Shown here: piece by piece, positions 25,061-34,401 of the stretch
Position numbering within the stretch: position 1 is the stretch's first letter
Layout of the letters: each line of letters starts with the position of its first letter
Source of the DNA: a virus
Lineage: Duplodnaviria; Caudoviricetes
DNA length: 59,907 nt
Virus record (IMG/VR): IMGVR_UViG_3300030103_004214
Coordinates: 1 to 59,907 of that record
Strand: one strand, 5' to 3'
Translations under genes and position numbers: made by a program
The notes under the pieces: generated by a model
Told to the model about the DNA's origin: nothing
The model's input: the letters and a program-made list of their open reading frames with translations, nothing else
The model's database searches: none

Positions 25061-28029
25061 CAGCAGTTCCACCTTCTAAGTGCCTTATTAATTCTTGAAT
25101 CTGGATCTCTTGCAGTTTTTGCAGATGTAAGTCTTTTCTTCATACCTTTCATCCTTCTACAGAATGACAGTCTTCTCTTTGCATCCTTAGAACCTTTCTT
25201 CAATTTCTTCGGATCTTTTGTGACTGCAGTTTTTAATTTAGAACCAGGATTCTCACGACGATATGCCTTGACTGCCTTTTTACTTAAACCATCTGTCTTA
25301 TCTTTACGATTAACTTTCTGCCAATCTTCACCTAAGTCATCTCTCCAATTAGACATATTTTCTTTGAGTGCTTTAGGTTTAATTATATCAACAGTTTCAA
25401 TTTCTGTAAACTTGATATCATCTACATTCCAATCTTGAATTGTAAGTGCTTCATCAGCAATATTCTCATTCATTTTTTTCTTTTTCTTCTTATCCATAAC
25501 AATTTTAGTTGCGATTGCGTACTTCACGTTCTTGTCACCATATCTATCTTTCATATCTTTGGTGCTAATTGCATCAGCAATCTCATCACGTTTTTTGATG
25601 TCCTTTTTAGTCATTTTCTTTTCATCAATGACTTCACCTTCTGGTTCATAATGTGCTAAGTTAATGTTATCACCTCCCAATGTTTTTTTAATTTTTTTAC
25701 CTTTACCTACACCCATTATATTTTTATCAATACCATCATCTAGATTTTTCATTGTTCCCTTTATATTATCACCTGTCATATTTTTTTTCTTAGGTGTTTC
25801 ATAAATTGATCCTGCACCAGTGCTGGTAGCATAAAATCTTTGTAACATAGATGGTGTTACATTTGGATCATCTTTTCTTTTTTTATCTCCACCAGTTGCA
25901 GTTTTAAGTAAAACATCGGCTGCACCTTCAATCACTCCATCGTAATCGATCTCCTCTTTCCGAGTTTTCTTTTTAGACTTTTTTACGCAGTTTGGATACC
26001 TCTTACCGAACATTGTTTTCATACCCTTCTTTTCGTAACCTGGCCAGCATTTCTCTTCTAAGTCTGTTCTCCAATCAGAAAACTCCTCTTTCTTCATTTC
26101 TTTTTTCTTGCCATAAGTCTTGCAAGGTGTTTGACCACATCCACAATTCTTATCATCACCTACACCTGCTGCTCTGAGTTGTTGTGCTTGTTTTTTATGC
26201 ATTGCAACTGCCTTGTCTAATTGACCAGGTATTTTATTTGCAGTTTCACCAGCATCTTTCTTAAACTCAGGAGACTTCCTTAATCTTTCTGCCTGACTTT
26301 TATGTAATGCAACTGCCTTATCTAACTCTGCTGGTATTTTATTTACCGCAGAACCATAATGCCCTTCTTTAATATCATCTTCATGAGGTATGGTGTTACC
26401 ATCTTCATCTTTACGATGATGCTCTGCCAAAGCATCTCTCCAACGATAATGAGGTGTCTTATAAACCTTTGCTTCATATTCAACTTCTTCCTTACGACTA
26501 TTACCCCAGTTTGCAGCACCAACTTTACGACACTTAACTAATGCACCTGATGCATATGCACTTGGCCAGACTGAATATCTTGACTTGACTTTATGATAGC
26601 AAGCATCTTTTTTACCACTACCCTTACCTTTTCTATCTTTTCCTTCAGACACAGTATCGTGACACTCACACTCACAATTATCACAACTCTCACCACACTT
26701 CTGACAACCTTCTTCTAATATTGCATCTCCTACAACAACACCATTCTCAGCAAACCATCCACGATTTACTTCGATTGCATATCTAATATTTCCATTTGGA
26801 TATACTGGAATTGAACTTAATGGGTTTAATTGTTTAATACTTTCAATAATACCTTCTTCGTTTATAAACGCAATATCAAGAGGCATCATAGTATTCTTCA
26901 TATGGAAAGAGTGTTGACCTGTTTCCTCAAATATAAAAAGCATTCCCCGATCCTGTTCCAGACTCTCACGGAACATCAGACCTAATCTAAATTCTCCATC
27001 ATTTTGTGGAACTTCAAGTTGAAGTGGTAGTGAGATAAATTCTTCTTTCATTTTCTTTTTCTTAGGTTTGTCAGTTGCAACATATGTTGGTTTTGCAGCA
27101 CCTGTTTTCTTTTGTTGATTTGGATCTGCTTTTTTCTTTCTTCTTGCTGCTGATTCTCTCTCTTTTTTAGTCATACTTTCATATTTACTTCGAGACACGC
27201 ACTTTGGCACTCCCTCGCCTGGTTCATCACTTGCACAAGTTCCTCCTGTGCGAACATTAACCCAACCACCTTTTCCATCCTTAGACTTAGAACCACTGAA
27301 CCATTTATGAAGTGAACCCTCTTTTACTTCATCTTTATTTGTCATATAATCTGCTGCAGTATCAAGATAATCAGCTGCTTTAGTTATCTTAGACTGCACC
27401 CATGCTTTAACCTCACCTTCACCTTTACCAACTTTCTTTTTAATTTTCTTAGCAGAAACCATAACATTATCAGTTTGACGACGAATCATTTCATGTTCGT
27501 GGTCGCCCTTATGAGATTTACCCTCATTCATTGCTTTTGTTTTCTTTTTCATTGAGTTGATAAACTTTCTATACACTGCTGCTTCAGCAGTCTTACCCAT
27601 CACTCTTGCTCTTTGCTCCATAGCAATCGCTGCTTGAATTTTATGAGCATGTGATCGACTTGATTTCCTAATCTTTGCCACGCTCGCTTTCGCAGTAGCG
27701 ACATTCTTGAAACCCAGTCCATGAATAGTTCCTTTAGGATCTTCATCTGTATATAAATCAGAATGTTTTTTTGACTTTGCAGGTTGTCCTTTTTTACGGG
27801 CAATGCGAGGATTTGATTCCTCAGTCATTTTTTTCTTTTTACCTGCACAGTGTGCTTTCTGACTGAACCCTTTTGGATTGTCACAATCAATCGATTTTTT
27901 GTATTTTGATGACCAACCTTCTTTTACAAGAAAACCGTCTTCACGAACCTTATACCCTTTGGGTATTGGTTTATACATCTTGTCCGTATTACAGTAGTAG
28001 TATCCTTTTTTAGGGGACTTTGTGCCCAT
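25060..28029 (-). CDS. 989-aa Lys-rich modular protein containing a DUF192-like domain; candidate internal-head polyprotein
   Basis: String of short basic modules ending in hydrophobic-X-E; GLMFRESL..DRGMLFIF...FHMKNT..PLDIAFI (DUF192-like) at about 26710-27040. Confidence 0.85.
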   Translation of the reverse strand: MGTKSPKKGYYYCNTDKMYKPIPKGYKVREDGFLVKEGWSSKYKKSIDCDNPKGFSQKAHCAGKKKKMTEESNPRIARKKGQPAKSKKHSDLYTDEDPKGTIHGLGFKNVATAKASVAKIRKSSRSHAHKIQAAIAMEQRARVMGKTAEAAVYRKFINSMKKKTKAMNEGKSHKGDHEHEMIRRQTDNVMVSAKKIKKKVGKGEGEVKAWVQSKITKAADYLDTAADYMTNKDEVKEGSLHKWFSGSKSKDGKGGWVNVRTGGTCASDEPGEGVPKCVSRSKYESMTKKERESAARRKKKADPNQQKKTGAAKPTYVATDKPKKKKMKEEFISLPLQLEVPQNDGEFRLGLMFRESLEQDRGMLFIFEETGQHSFHMKNTMMPLDIAFINEEGIIESIKQLNPLSSIPVYPNGNIRYAIEVNRGWFAENGVVVGDAILEEGCQKCGESCDNCECECHDTVSEGKDRKGKGSGKKDACYHKVKSRYSVWPSAYASGALVKCRKVGAANWGNSRKEEVEYEAKVYKTPHYRWRDALAEHHRKDEDGNTIPHEDDIKEGHYGSAVNKIPAELDKAVALHKSQAERLRKSPEFKKDAGETANKIPGQLDKAVAMHKKQAQQLRAAGVGDDKNCGCGQTPCKTYGKKKEMKKEEFSDWRTDLEEKCWPGYEKKGMKTMFGKRYPNCVKKSKKKTRKEEIDYDGVIEGAADVLLKTATGGDKKRKDDPNVTPSMLQRFYATSTGAGSIYETPKKKNMTGDNIKGTMKNLDDGIDKNIMGVGKGKKIKKTLGGDNINLAHYEPEGEVIDEKKMTKKDIKKRDEIADAISTKDMKDRYGDKNVKYAIATKIVMDKKKKKKMNENIADEALTIQDWNVDDIKFTEIETVDIIKPKALKENMSNWRDDLGEDWQKVNRKDKTDGLSKKAVKAYRRENPGSKLKTAVTKDPKKLKKGSKDAKRRLSFCRRMKGMKKRLTSAKTARDPDSRINKALRRWNC
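26173..26345. repeat. Internal 35-codon-period duplication (NKIPxxLDKAVAxHKxQAxxLR x2)
   Basis: NKIPAELDKAVALHKSQAERLR and NKIPGQLDKAVAMHKKQAQQLR. Confidence 0.85.
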
Positions 28030-28035
28030 TACAAA

Positions 28036-28467
28036 CTATTCAGAGTTATTATTATTTAGTAATCCATCTTTTAACATCTTTGAGAGTTCACTAGTTGAAC
28101 CTACAAATAATGCGTTATTTGTGACAGTGCTTTGTTTTTTAGGATTATCTTCATCTATCTCTTTAATTTTTTTCTGTAAATCCATTAACTTATCAGTGCT
28201 ATCTGCAACACTTTTAATTAATTGACCAGCAACTTCATATGCTCTTGGACTTGCTGTTTCACCAGCAACTTCCATTATACCATTAATCGCCTCTTGACCT
28301 TTTTCTATCAAGGAATATAAATTACCTCTTGTATAATCATAATCTTTACTTACATCATCAGTAAGTTTCTGGATTTGATTTTTACGAGTTTCTTCCTTCG
28401 TAATAGCATCTACTTCAACAGCATCTGTGTTAAAAGTATCATTCAATGAGTCATATGAGTTTTTCAT
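28036..28467 (-). CDS. gp16: Terminase small subunit gp16
   Basis: DYDYTRGNLYSLIEKGQEA, SPRAYEVAGQLIK, NNALFVGST. Confidence 0.95.
   Translation of the reverse strand: MKNSYDSLNDTFNTDAVEVDAITKEETRKNQIQKLTDDVSKDYDYTRGNLYSLIEKGQEAINGIMEVAGETASPRAYEVAGQLIKSVADSTDKLMDLQKKIKEIDEDNPKKQSTVTNNALFVGSTSELSKMLKDGLLNNNNSE
28053..28060 (-). promoter_or_regulatory. Late promoter variant (ACTAAATA) in the gp16 3' end
   Basis: TAAATA core 23 nt upstream of the 989-aa gene. Confidence 0.5.
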
Positions 28468-28469
28468 GA

Positions 28470-29318
28470 TTAGATGTCCACACCCCTATTCGGAGCAAAA
28501 TCTTTTGAGTCACCGAAGAACGTGCTTGTTTCAGTGAAACCGAAATCATCACCTGGTTCGATGAATGGTTCGTCTGCAGTATCTATAACATTATCTTCGT
28601 TATAATCCTTTTTCGCCTTTGGAACAACAGTATATCTCTGAACTCTCTTTGCTGTTTGTGTATTACTATCAGAGTAGTAATCCAACTGAACCTTACGAAT
28701 AAGTCCCTCTGGAGTATCAGCAATATGACCAAACATAAAGGTTTTTGCAGTAAATGATAAAGTGTAAATTAATGCTCGTCGAGTAGAAAAATCACCTTCA
28801 TAATCATCTTGTTGCTGAATACCATTCAACACCATCGGAACATCTCTTTTTTCGCCAATTGATTTTACTAAGTCTATTGAAAGAGTAAATGCTGGTTGAA
28901 AGAAAGGTAATATTTGCTCTAATATTTGTAATCCGTCATCTTGCAATTTAACTAAAATATTTAACTCAAATCCAAGATTGTATGGAACAGGCATAAACAC
29001 CTTTTTCATTTGATTATTATTGACATCTTTTGCCTTAAAGGTTTGTGTTATACCTGCCTTCCTTGTAGAATCATAAGATATATTAGTAATCTCAAAAGAC
29101 ATTCTTGGTAATGTTATTTGAGTTGCTTTATTTAAGTCTGGTTGTTGCGTTATTCTTGCTAAAAACTTTTGTCTTGGACCATATGCAACTGGAACTTTAA
29201 GTTCTGATAATACATTTCCTGCTTGATCATCGTGACGAACGTGAATATCGTTAAACAGTGTGCCGAACGCAATAACCGTCTTTCTTATAATTTCGTGATA
29301 AAAATAATTTCCTAACAT
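28470..29318 (-). CDS. gp15: Tail sheath stabiliser / terminator gp15
   Basis: YFYHEIIRK..IAFGTLFN, VPVAYGP.QKFLAR, LPRMSFE, QILEQILPFFQP. Confidence 0.96.
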   Translation of the reverse strand: MLGNYFYHEIIRKTVIAFGTLFNDIHVRHDDQAGNVLSELKVPVAYGPRQKFLARITQQPDLNKATQITLPRMSFEITNISYDSTRKAGITQTFKAKDVNNNQMKKVFMPVPYNLGFELNILVKLQDDGLQILEQILPFFQPAFTLSIDLVKSIGEKRDVPMVLNGIQQQDDYEGDFSTRRALIYTLSFTAKTFMFGHIADTPEGLIRKVQLDYYSDSNTQTAKRVQRYTVVPKAKKDYNEDNVIDTADEPFIEPGDDFGFTETSTFFGDSKDFAPNRGVDI

Positions 29319-30730
29319 TAGTAGTTACCGAATGGGTTTGACTCTGTGAAATCGAGAATAGCATCTGCTTCGGTCTCAAATATGTCTCCTTCATTATATT
29401 TATCGGTGCTATCTTCCTTATCAAAGATGGCAACACTAAATAATGCCTCAGAAGTGAGACCTTTGATATCTTCACCAGGGAAGAATCCAGTAGTTGTGGT
29501 TCCAATACCAATATTTGCAATTGATAAAATACCAGTATCTTGATCCCATTTTTTGACTCTTGCTTGTGTTCCTGAACGCATACCCTGAACAATTTCATTA
29601 AATTGATAAGTTCCAATCCCACTGATTGTCTCTGGGTCTGCGATTGTGACTGTTGGTGATGATGTGTAACCCTTACCAGCATTCTGAACAAATATAGATG
29701 CAACTTCATTGAATCCAGATGTAGAGACTCTGATTGATGCAATTCCAACTGCCTTATCAGATGCAATACCTGCCTGTGGATTTGCAATCGTAACAACTGG
29801 AACTGTTCCAAAACCAACACCCTTATCAGACATAATAAATCTTACTACACCACTTGCTCCAGTTACGATTGAGCAAGTTGCTGCAGCTCCAACTCCTCCA
29901 CCTCCAGAAATGGTAATTGTTGGAGAGACAGTATAACCTACACCTGCATTTGTTAATAATATTTTTTCAACTGATCTTACACCTGCTCTTTCTGTTGTAA
30001 AGGCAACGGCAGATGCATTATGTAAAATATTTCCACTGGGAGATGTACTAATTGCAACTGTTGGAGTTCCAGTAAATCCTGAACCATCGTTGTTTAGGAA
30101 TATTTCACGAATATACCCACTACCTGTTACAGCACTCGCTGTTGCGGTTCTACCGACACCAACAAGTTGGAGTGTTGCTGTAAATCCTTCATCTTGAACC
30201 TGAGTATCGATAAGGTTAATCGTAGTATCAATAACCTCGTCCTCATACTCGAAGAGTTCACATTTAAGTTTATAGACATAATTCTTACCTAACTGATAGA
30301 ATGGGTCTTCATGCTCAACAAATTTAATCTCAAATAATCTTGCACCCAAAGGAAAAAATACTAAATCACCCTCTCTTGGTCTTGTCGCAAGATCAATATC
30401 ATCATCTGAGTTCATAAATGGAGCAATAAACTCCTCAAATCTTTCTCTTGATACAGTGAGTTCAATTTCATCTCTCAAACTCATACCAAACTTTGTTAGT
30501 ACATCTCCAGCACCAGAGTATCCATCATATGAGTTAACATACATTTCAACAGAAAAGTTATCATCAAACTTTGATGCAGTAACCTCTTCAATAATTGTTG
30601 CTTTATTTACAAATTTACGTGGAATATAAGTTACTTCCTGTCCATAAAGTCTAAGTTGTTCATTGATTAAATCTTGAACTAATCTTTGCTCACCTTGCGA
30701 TCCTTGCTGAAAATACGGATTTAATGCCAT
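29318..30730 (-). CDS. gp14: Neck protein gp14 with internal Gly/Thr-rich insertion
   Basis: MALNPYF, LTKFG, RPREGDLVFFP, PFYQLGK, DFTESNPFG. Confidence 0.95.
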   Translation of the reverse strand: MALNPYFQQGSQGEQRLVQDLINEQLRLYGQEVTYIPRKFVNKATIIEEVTASKFDDNFSVEMYVNSYDGYSGAGDVLTKFGMSLRDEIELTVSRERFEEFIAPFMNSDDDIDLATRPREGDLVFFPLGARLFEIKFVEHEDPFYQLGKNYVYKLKCELFEYEDEVIDTTINLIDTQVQDEGFTATLQLVGVGRTATASAVTGSGYIREIFLNNDGSGFTGTPTVAISTSPSGNILHNASAVAFTTERAGVRSVEKILLTNAGVGYTVSPTITISGGGGVGAAATCSIVTGASGVVRFIMSDKGVGFGTVPVVTIANPQAGIASDKAVGIASIRVSTSGFNEVASIFVQNAGKGYTSSPTVTIADPETISGIGTYQFNEIVQGMRSGTQARVKKWDQDTGILSIANIGIGTTTTGFFPGEDIKGLTSEALFSVAIFDKEDSTDKYNEGDIFETEADAILDFTESNPFGNY

Positions 30731-30736
30731 TATTCA

Positions 30737-31561
30737 TCACCCGATAAAATCAAGAGGTGGCATTTCATAATCTTGTGACATTCTATCCCTCAATGCTTGT
30801 AATTCTCTTACACCCTCATCATATATTTCTCTACCATTGAGTTCAATTCCACCTGGTAATTTAGTTCCTCTAAATTTGATTAGGTTTTGTCCCCATTGTT
30901 TTTTAATTAATGCTGTAAAATATCTCTTGACAAATGGATCATTAAATATTTGCTCTGTATCTATCGCACGAAGGCAATCAATAACAATAAAGTTTCCAAC
31001 TGTTTCTGCTCCCCAATCAATATCCAAATATAATCTATCCTGCCTCATATTAAATCTTATCTGCTTCTCTGTTGTTAACAAATGATCAATATCTTCAAGA
31101 TATGTCTTTGTCATTGCATACTGCAACAGATTAACTGAATTAAAATAGTATAGATCATTCAAGAATAACTGATACTTTATACTAAACATTCCACCAGATA
31201 TTGAACTGGAATCAAACTTAAATATTTTATGAACTCCTAAAATATTTTCTGGTACTGCCAAGAAATTGGATGTTTCATAAAAATTACTAGTAACAGTAAC
31301 ATTTGATGTCTGAATACCTGTTGTTGTAACTATACCAACACCATCAGTTCCCTTTGCTGTTCCTCTATCAATGTCTTCTTGAGTTATTTTATACTTTAGA
31401 TATATTCTCTCCAAACCATCATAATGACGTTCTTGATATATTTGAATAGTATCATCTAATGCATCATGAAGTTGATCATCATCTATATTAATTTCTAATA
31501 CAGGTGCTCCTAACTGACGCAATCCATAATTGATAAGTCTTCCTCTAGTATCTGGTTTCAT
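30737..31561 (-). CDS. gp13: Neck protein gp13
   Basis: LRQLGAPVLEINIDDDQ, KKQWGQNLIKF, LPGGIELNG. Confidence 0.96.
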   Translation of the reverse strand: MKPDTRGRLINYGLRQLGAPVLEINIDDDQLHDALDDTIQIYQERHYDGLERIYLKYKITQEDIDRGTAKGTDGVGIVTTTGIQTSNVTVTSNFYETSNFLAVPENILGVHKIFKFDSSSISGGMFSIKYQLFLNDLYYFNSVNLLQYAMTKTYLEDIDHLLTTEKQIRFNMRQDRLYLDIDWGAETVGNFIVIDCLRAIDTEQIFNDPFVKRYFTALIKKQWGQNLIKFRGTKLPGGIELNGREIYDEGVRELQALRDRMSQDYEMPPLDFIG

Positions 31562-31737
31562 TTGTCATCCTTAAGGTTTGCTAGTTCTTCTAGAAGTTCA
31601 TTTTTCTCTTTCTCAAAATCATTTTTTAGAGTTTGTATTTTTGCCTCTAACAAGATATTTTGATTTAATGCAGATGCTAATTTAGAATTATATAAGTTGA
31701 CGAGTATGTTAACGTCCACTTCACTGTTTTGTGGCAT
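31558..31737 (-). CDS. Small coiled-coil hypothetical protein (59 aa)
   Basis: Hand translation MPQNSEVDVNILVNLYNSKL...NQNILLEAKIQTLK...; ATGA overlap with gp13. Confidence 0.7.
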   Translation of the reverse strand: MPQNSEVDVNILVNLYNSKLASALNQNILLEAKIQTLKNDFEKEKNELLEELANLKDDK

Positions 31738-33438
31738 TTAGAAAGTTCCTCCGTCTAGGGTCGATGTCCAATGTGGTTTGTTAGTGTATGTAGTCGCTAC
31801 ACTAGAAGGTGCTGCAAGAGATGATGTTCCACCACTCTGACCTTCTCTGATAAGAGTATTGGATGAGTTAAATGTTCCTTCCACACCAACTAATGGTACT
31901 GAAGTTGCAGCATTAACTGCACTTTCAACTACACCAAATGCATCTGTACTATCTTGTTTAACGATATCACCTTGTGCAAGTGTGACGTTACCAGGCATTG
32001 TTAATACTACCTTTGTTATCGCAGTTAATATCTGCTTCGATGTAATAACAGGAGATGCAGGTGCATTTGTAGACCTCTGTAAACCTGTGCTATCAAACCA
32101 AGTGACACCACCTGAAGCAAAATCACCTGATTGATAGTAAAGACCTTTAATATCTAAGAAACCTTTGGTTCCAGAAACTACACTAGCAGTAATAGTTGCA
32201 TCAGGAACATATGTCCATCTTCTACTATCATTAGCGTGTGTTCCGTGATTGGTTGCTCCTGCAGTGCTGGTTGCGATTGAACTGTCATCTAGTCCAAAGA
32301 AACCATCCTTAGAGTTCGCTGTTCCTACACCGACATTATACTTAAATCCAAGTCCACGGTCAGTATTGGTATCTGTAGCATGAACAACTGTTATTTCAGT
32401 CTGTGTGCTGATACCAGCAATTGCTGTTCCTTGGAATGTAAGTGTCTTAGTTCCTGTGTTTATCGCAGTAACTGTGGTTATACCACTTGCTGAGAAACTT
32501 GCGTGTAAAAGAGTATCATTAACTGCAACACCAGTTACTTGGTCGATTACAACAGTTGAGTCACCAGAACTAACTGCTGTCATTACAGTTCTCTTACTGG
32601 TTGTATCACCAACAACCATAATTGGGTCGTTTACAGTTGTAGCAGTAGAGTTAACAGTTGTGGTTGTTCCATCAACCTGTAAGTTACCTTTGATGATAAC
32701 ATCACCCTCATTACTTAAACCATCTGGATATGGGTCAATGAATATCTTGTTATCAGAATTACCTAGTGATGAGATTACATTATCAGCAATTCTTATTTTA
32801 CCTAAAAGAGAAGCAGTTCCTGATGATATTAAATTACCACCGACAGTTAGATTTTTCTCAATTCCAACACCACCTTCTACAATTAATCCACCCGTATCTT
32901 TTGAGGTTGACTGTGTTGCAACGTTAATTCTAACATCTGCACCAGCAAATGTTAGTTGGTCAGTTCCATTTTCGTCATACTCAATTGTTGCATCGGGAGT
33001 TGAAGTTCCGTCAGCACCACCACCAAAACCAATTTTAGTATCATCAGGAACCATTATGTCCCCAGAACCATTTGGATTAATGATAATATCACTATCGGTT
33101 GTCTCGGAGGAAAGAACATTACCGTTTAACTTAAGATCATCGACACTCCATTCATCTATTTTTCGGTTGCTATCCAGTATTGCTACTATACCACCATCAC
33201 TATTCCTTGAATTGGTTACACCAGTTAAGTTACCTGGTGAGTGTTCCATCATTGAGGTATAGAAATGTCCCGCAACTGGATTGACGTTCGACCCGTCATC
33301 TCCTAAAAATACTCTGTCTTTATACTGGTTTACTCCACCGAAGCTACCGATACCAGTAACATACGCCATTTCACCCCAGTTCAAACTAGCAGGTTTGGCT
33401 GTACCCGATGATCGTTTGATTCTAATTATACTAGCCAT
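31738..33438 (-). CDS. Virion structural / fibre-like protein
   Basis: N-terminus IRIKRSSGTAKPASLNWGEMAY, GGVGIEKNL.VGG beta-repeats, C-terminal LDGGTF. Confidence 0.8.
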   Translation of the reverse strand: MASIIRIKRSSGTAKPASLNWGEMAYVTGIGSFGGVNQYKDRVFLGDDGSNVNPVAGHFYTSMMEHSPGNLTGVTNSRNSDGGIVAILDSNRKIDEWSVDDLKLNGNVLSSETTDSDIIINPNGSGDIMVPDDTKIGFGGGADGTSTPDATIEYDENGTDQLTFAGADVRINVATQSTSKDTGGLIVEGGVGIEKNLTVGGNLISSGTASLLGKIRIADNVISSLGNSDNKIFIDPYPDGLSNEGDVIIKGNLQVDGTTTTVNSTATTVNDPIMVVGDTTSKRTVMTAVSSGDSTVVIDQVTGVAVNDTLLHASFSASGITTVTAINTGTKTLTFQGTAIAGISTQTEITVVHATDTNTDRGLGFKYNVGVGTANSKDGFFGLDDSSIATSTAGATNHGTHANDSRRWTYVPDATITASVVSGTKGFLDIKGLYYQSGDFASGGVTWFDSTGLQRSTNAPASPVITSKQILTAITKVVLTMPGNVTLAQGDIVKQDSTDAFGVVESAVNAATSVPLVGVEGTFNSSNTLIREGQSGGTSSLAAPSSVATTYTNKPHWTSTLDGGTF

Positions 33439-33669
33439 TTAGAAACTTCCTCCGTTGATGTCTAAATTCTGTGCTGAACCTGGCGTTAATTCTAAGGTTG
33501 CATCAAATTTTTGAGTATCTCCATTAAAAACAAGAACCATACCACTTTGTAAGGTTCCAGAAACATTCACATCACTTAATTCTGTTATTGATAGAGTTGA
33601 GGCACCTGCCAGAGATGAAATCACTCTCGTAGCATTCTGTTGTCCTACTCTGACTTTTATATCTGCCAT
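33439..33669 (-). CDS. Small virion-associated hypothetical protein
   Basis: 76 aa; LSDV...GMVLVFNG; C-terminal INGGSF. Confidence 0.75.
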   Translation of the reverse strand: MADIKVRVGQQNATRVISSLAGASTLSITELSDVNVSGTLQSGMVLVFNGDTQKFDATLELTPGSAQNLDINGGSF

Positions 33670-33697
33670 CTAAAATAAGCAATTCAGATCTAAAAAG

Positions 33698-33705
33698 TAT
33701 TTATA
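33698..33705 (-). promoter_or_regulatory. T4 late promoter TATAAATA
   Basis: Perfect consensus upstream of ATG 33669. Confidence 0.75.
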
Positions 33706-33709
33706 TTTA

Positions 33710-33922
33710 CTATGATGTTATCTTTGAGGCAAGGTCATTTAATAAGGATTTTAGTTCATTAATCTCATTTTTCATGTCATCTAGTTGCTCTTGTTTACTT
33801 TTATTCCTATTTCTTAGAGCAATATAATTTTCATAAGCAACCGTATCTTGATTTACTATTGCGTTTGTATTTTCATCACGAAATAAGTCTTTATGACCTT
33901 CAACTGGTATCATTTTACTCAT
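33710..33922 (-). CDS. Conserved hypothetical protein (70 aa, C-terminal coiled coil)
   Basis: VEGHKDLFRDENTNAIVN...EINELKSLL. Confidence 0.8.
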   Translation of the reverse strand: MSKMIPVEGHKDLFRDENTNAIVNQDTVAYENYIALRNRNKSKQEQLDDMKNEINELKSLLNDLASKITS

Positions 33923-34401
33923 TACTTACCTAAATCTTTATCTATTTGTTTATTGATTGCTCTTTTATCTTTCATATTCTGGTTTTGCCTTTTCAATAAT
34001 TCTCTAACAGTTTGTGCTGGACTCTTACCTCCTTCTTTCTTTCTGAAATCATCTGAAACAGAACTAATTCTTCCAGTTGAACTTGTTGATTCAACTTCTT
34101 TACCTGCACTTAAACCTTTTTTATACCTAAGACCTGCATCAACTAATGCATTCTTTATTTTTTCTCTTGTGCTTGGTTTTTCAGCATCTGACTCTGCCTT
34201 TTTCTTTAAATCTTCTCCTTCACCTTTTTGCTGTTGCTGTCTTAGTTTCTCAAAGTTACTTCCACCATTTTTTTTGCTAGCTTGATATAACGTTCCTACA
34301 GCACCAATACCTGTCATTAAAGCAGGAAGTATAAATTTACTTCCTCCCTTCAATGCTGCTAAAGCAGCTGCATTTTCCTGAAATTGGTTGAATGTTTTCA
34401 T
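33922..34401 (-). CDS. Hypothetical protein with MKTFNQFQE leader and hydrophobic segment
   Basis: 159 aa; TAATG coupling at both ends. Confidence 0.75.
   Translation of the reverse strand: MKTFNQFQENAAALAALKGGSKFILPALMTGIGAVGTLYQASKKNGGSNFEKLRQQQQKGEGEDLKKKAESDAEKPSTREKIKNALVDAGLRYKKGLSAGKEVESTSSTGRISSVSDDFRKKEGGKSPAQTVRELLKRQNQNMKDKRAINKQIDKDLGK

Noticed and set aside
29251-29820. 189-aa alternative-frame minus-strand ORF within gp14 (also 13789-14166 in gp23, 17732-18070 in gp20)
   Set aside because: Leu/Gln-rich frame-shifted shadows with no SD, motif or evident slippery site.
32405-33262. 285-aa plus-strand ORF and many other plus-strand ORFs (for example 849-1328, 25031-25438, 43963-44331, 58298-58618)
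   Set aside because: They lie fully antisense to well-supported genes, have biased composition and no motifs; these are expected shadows of codon bias.
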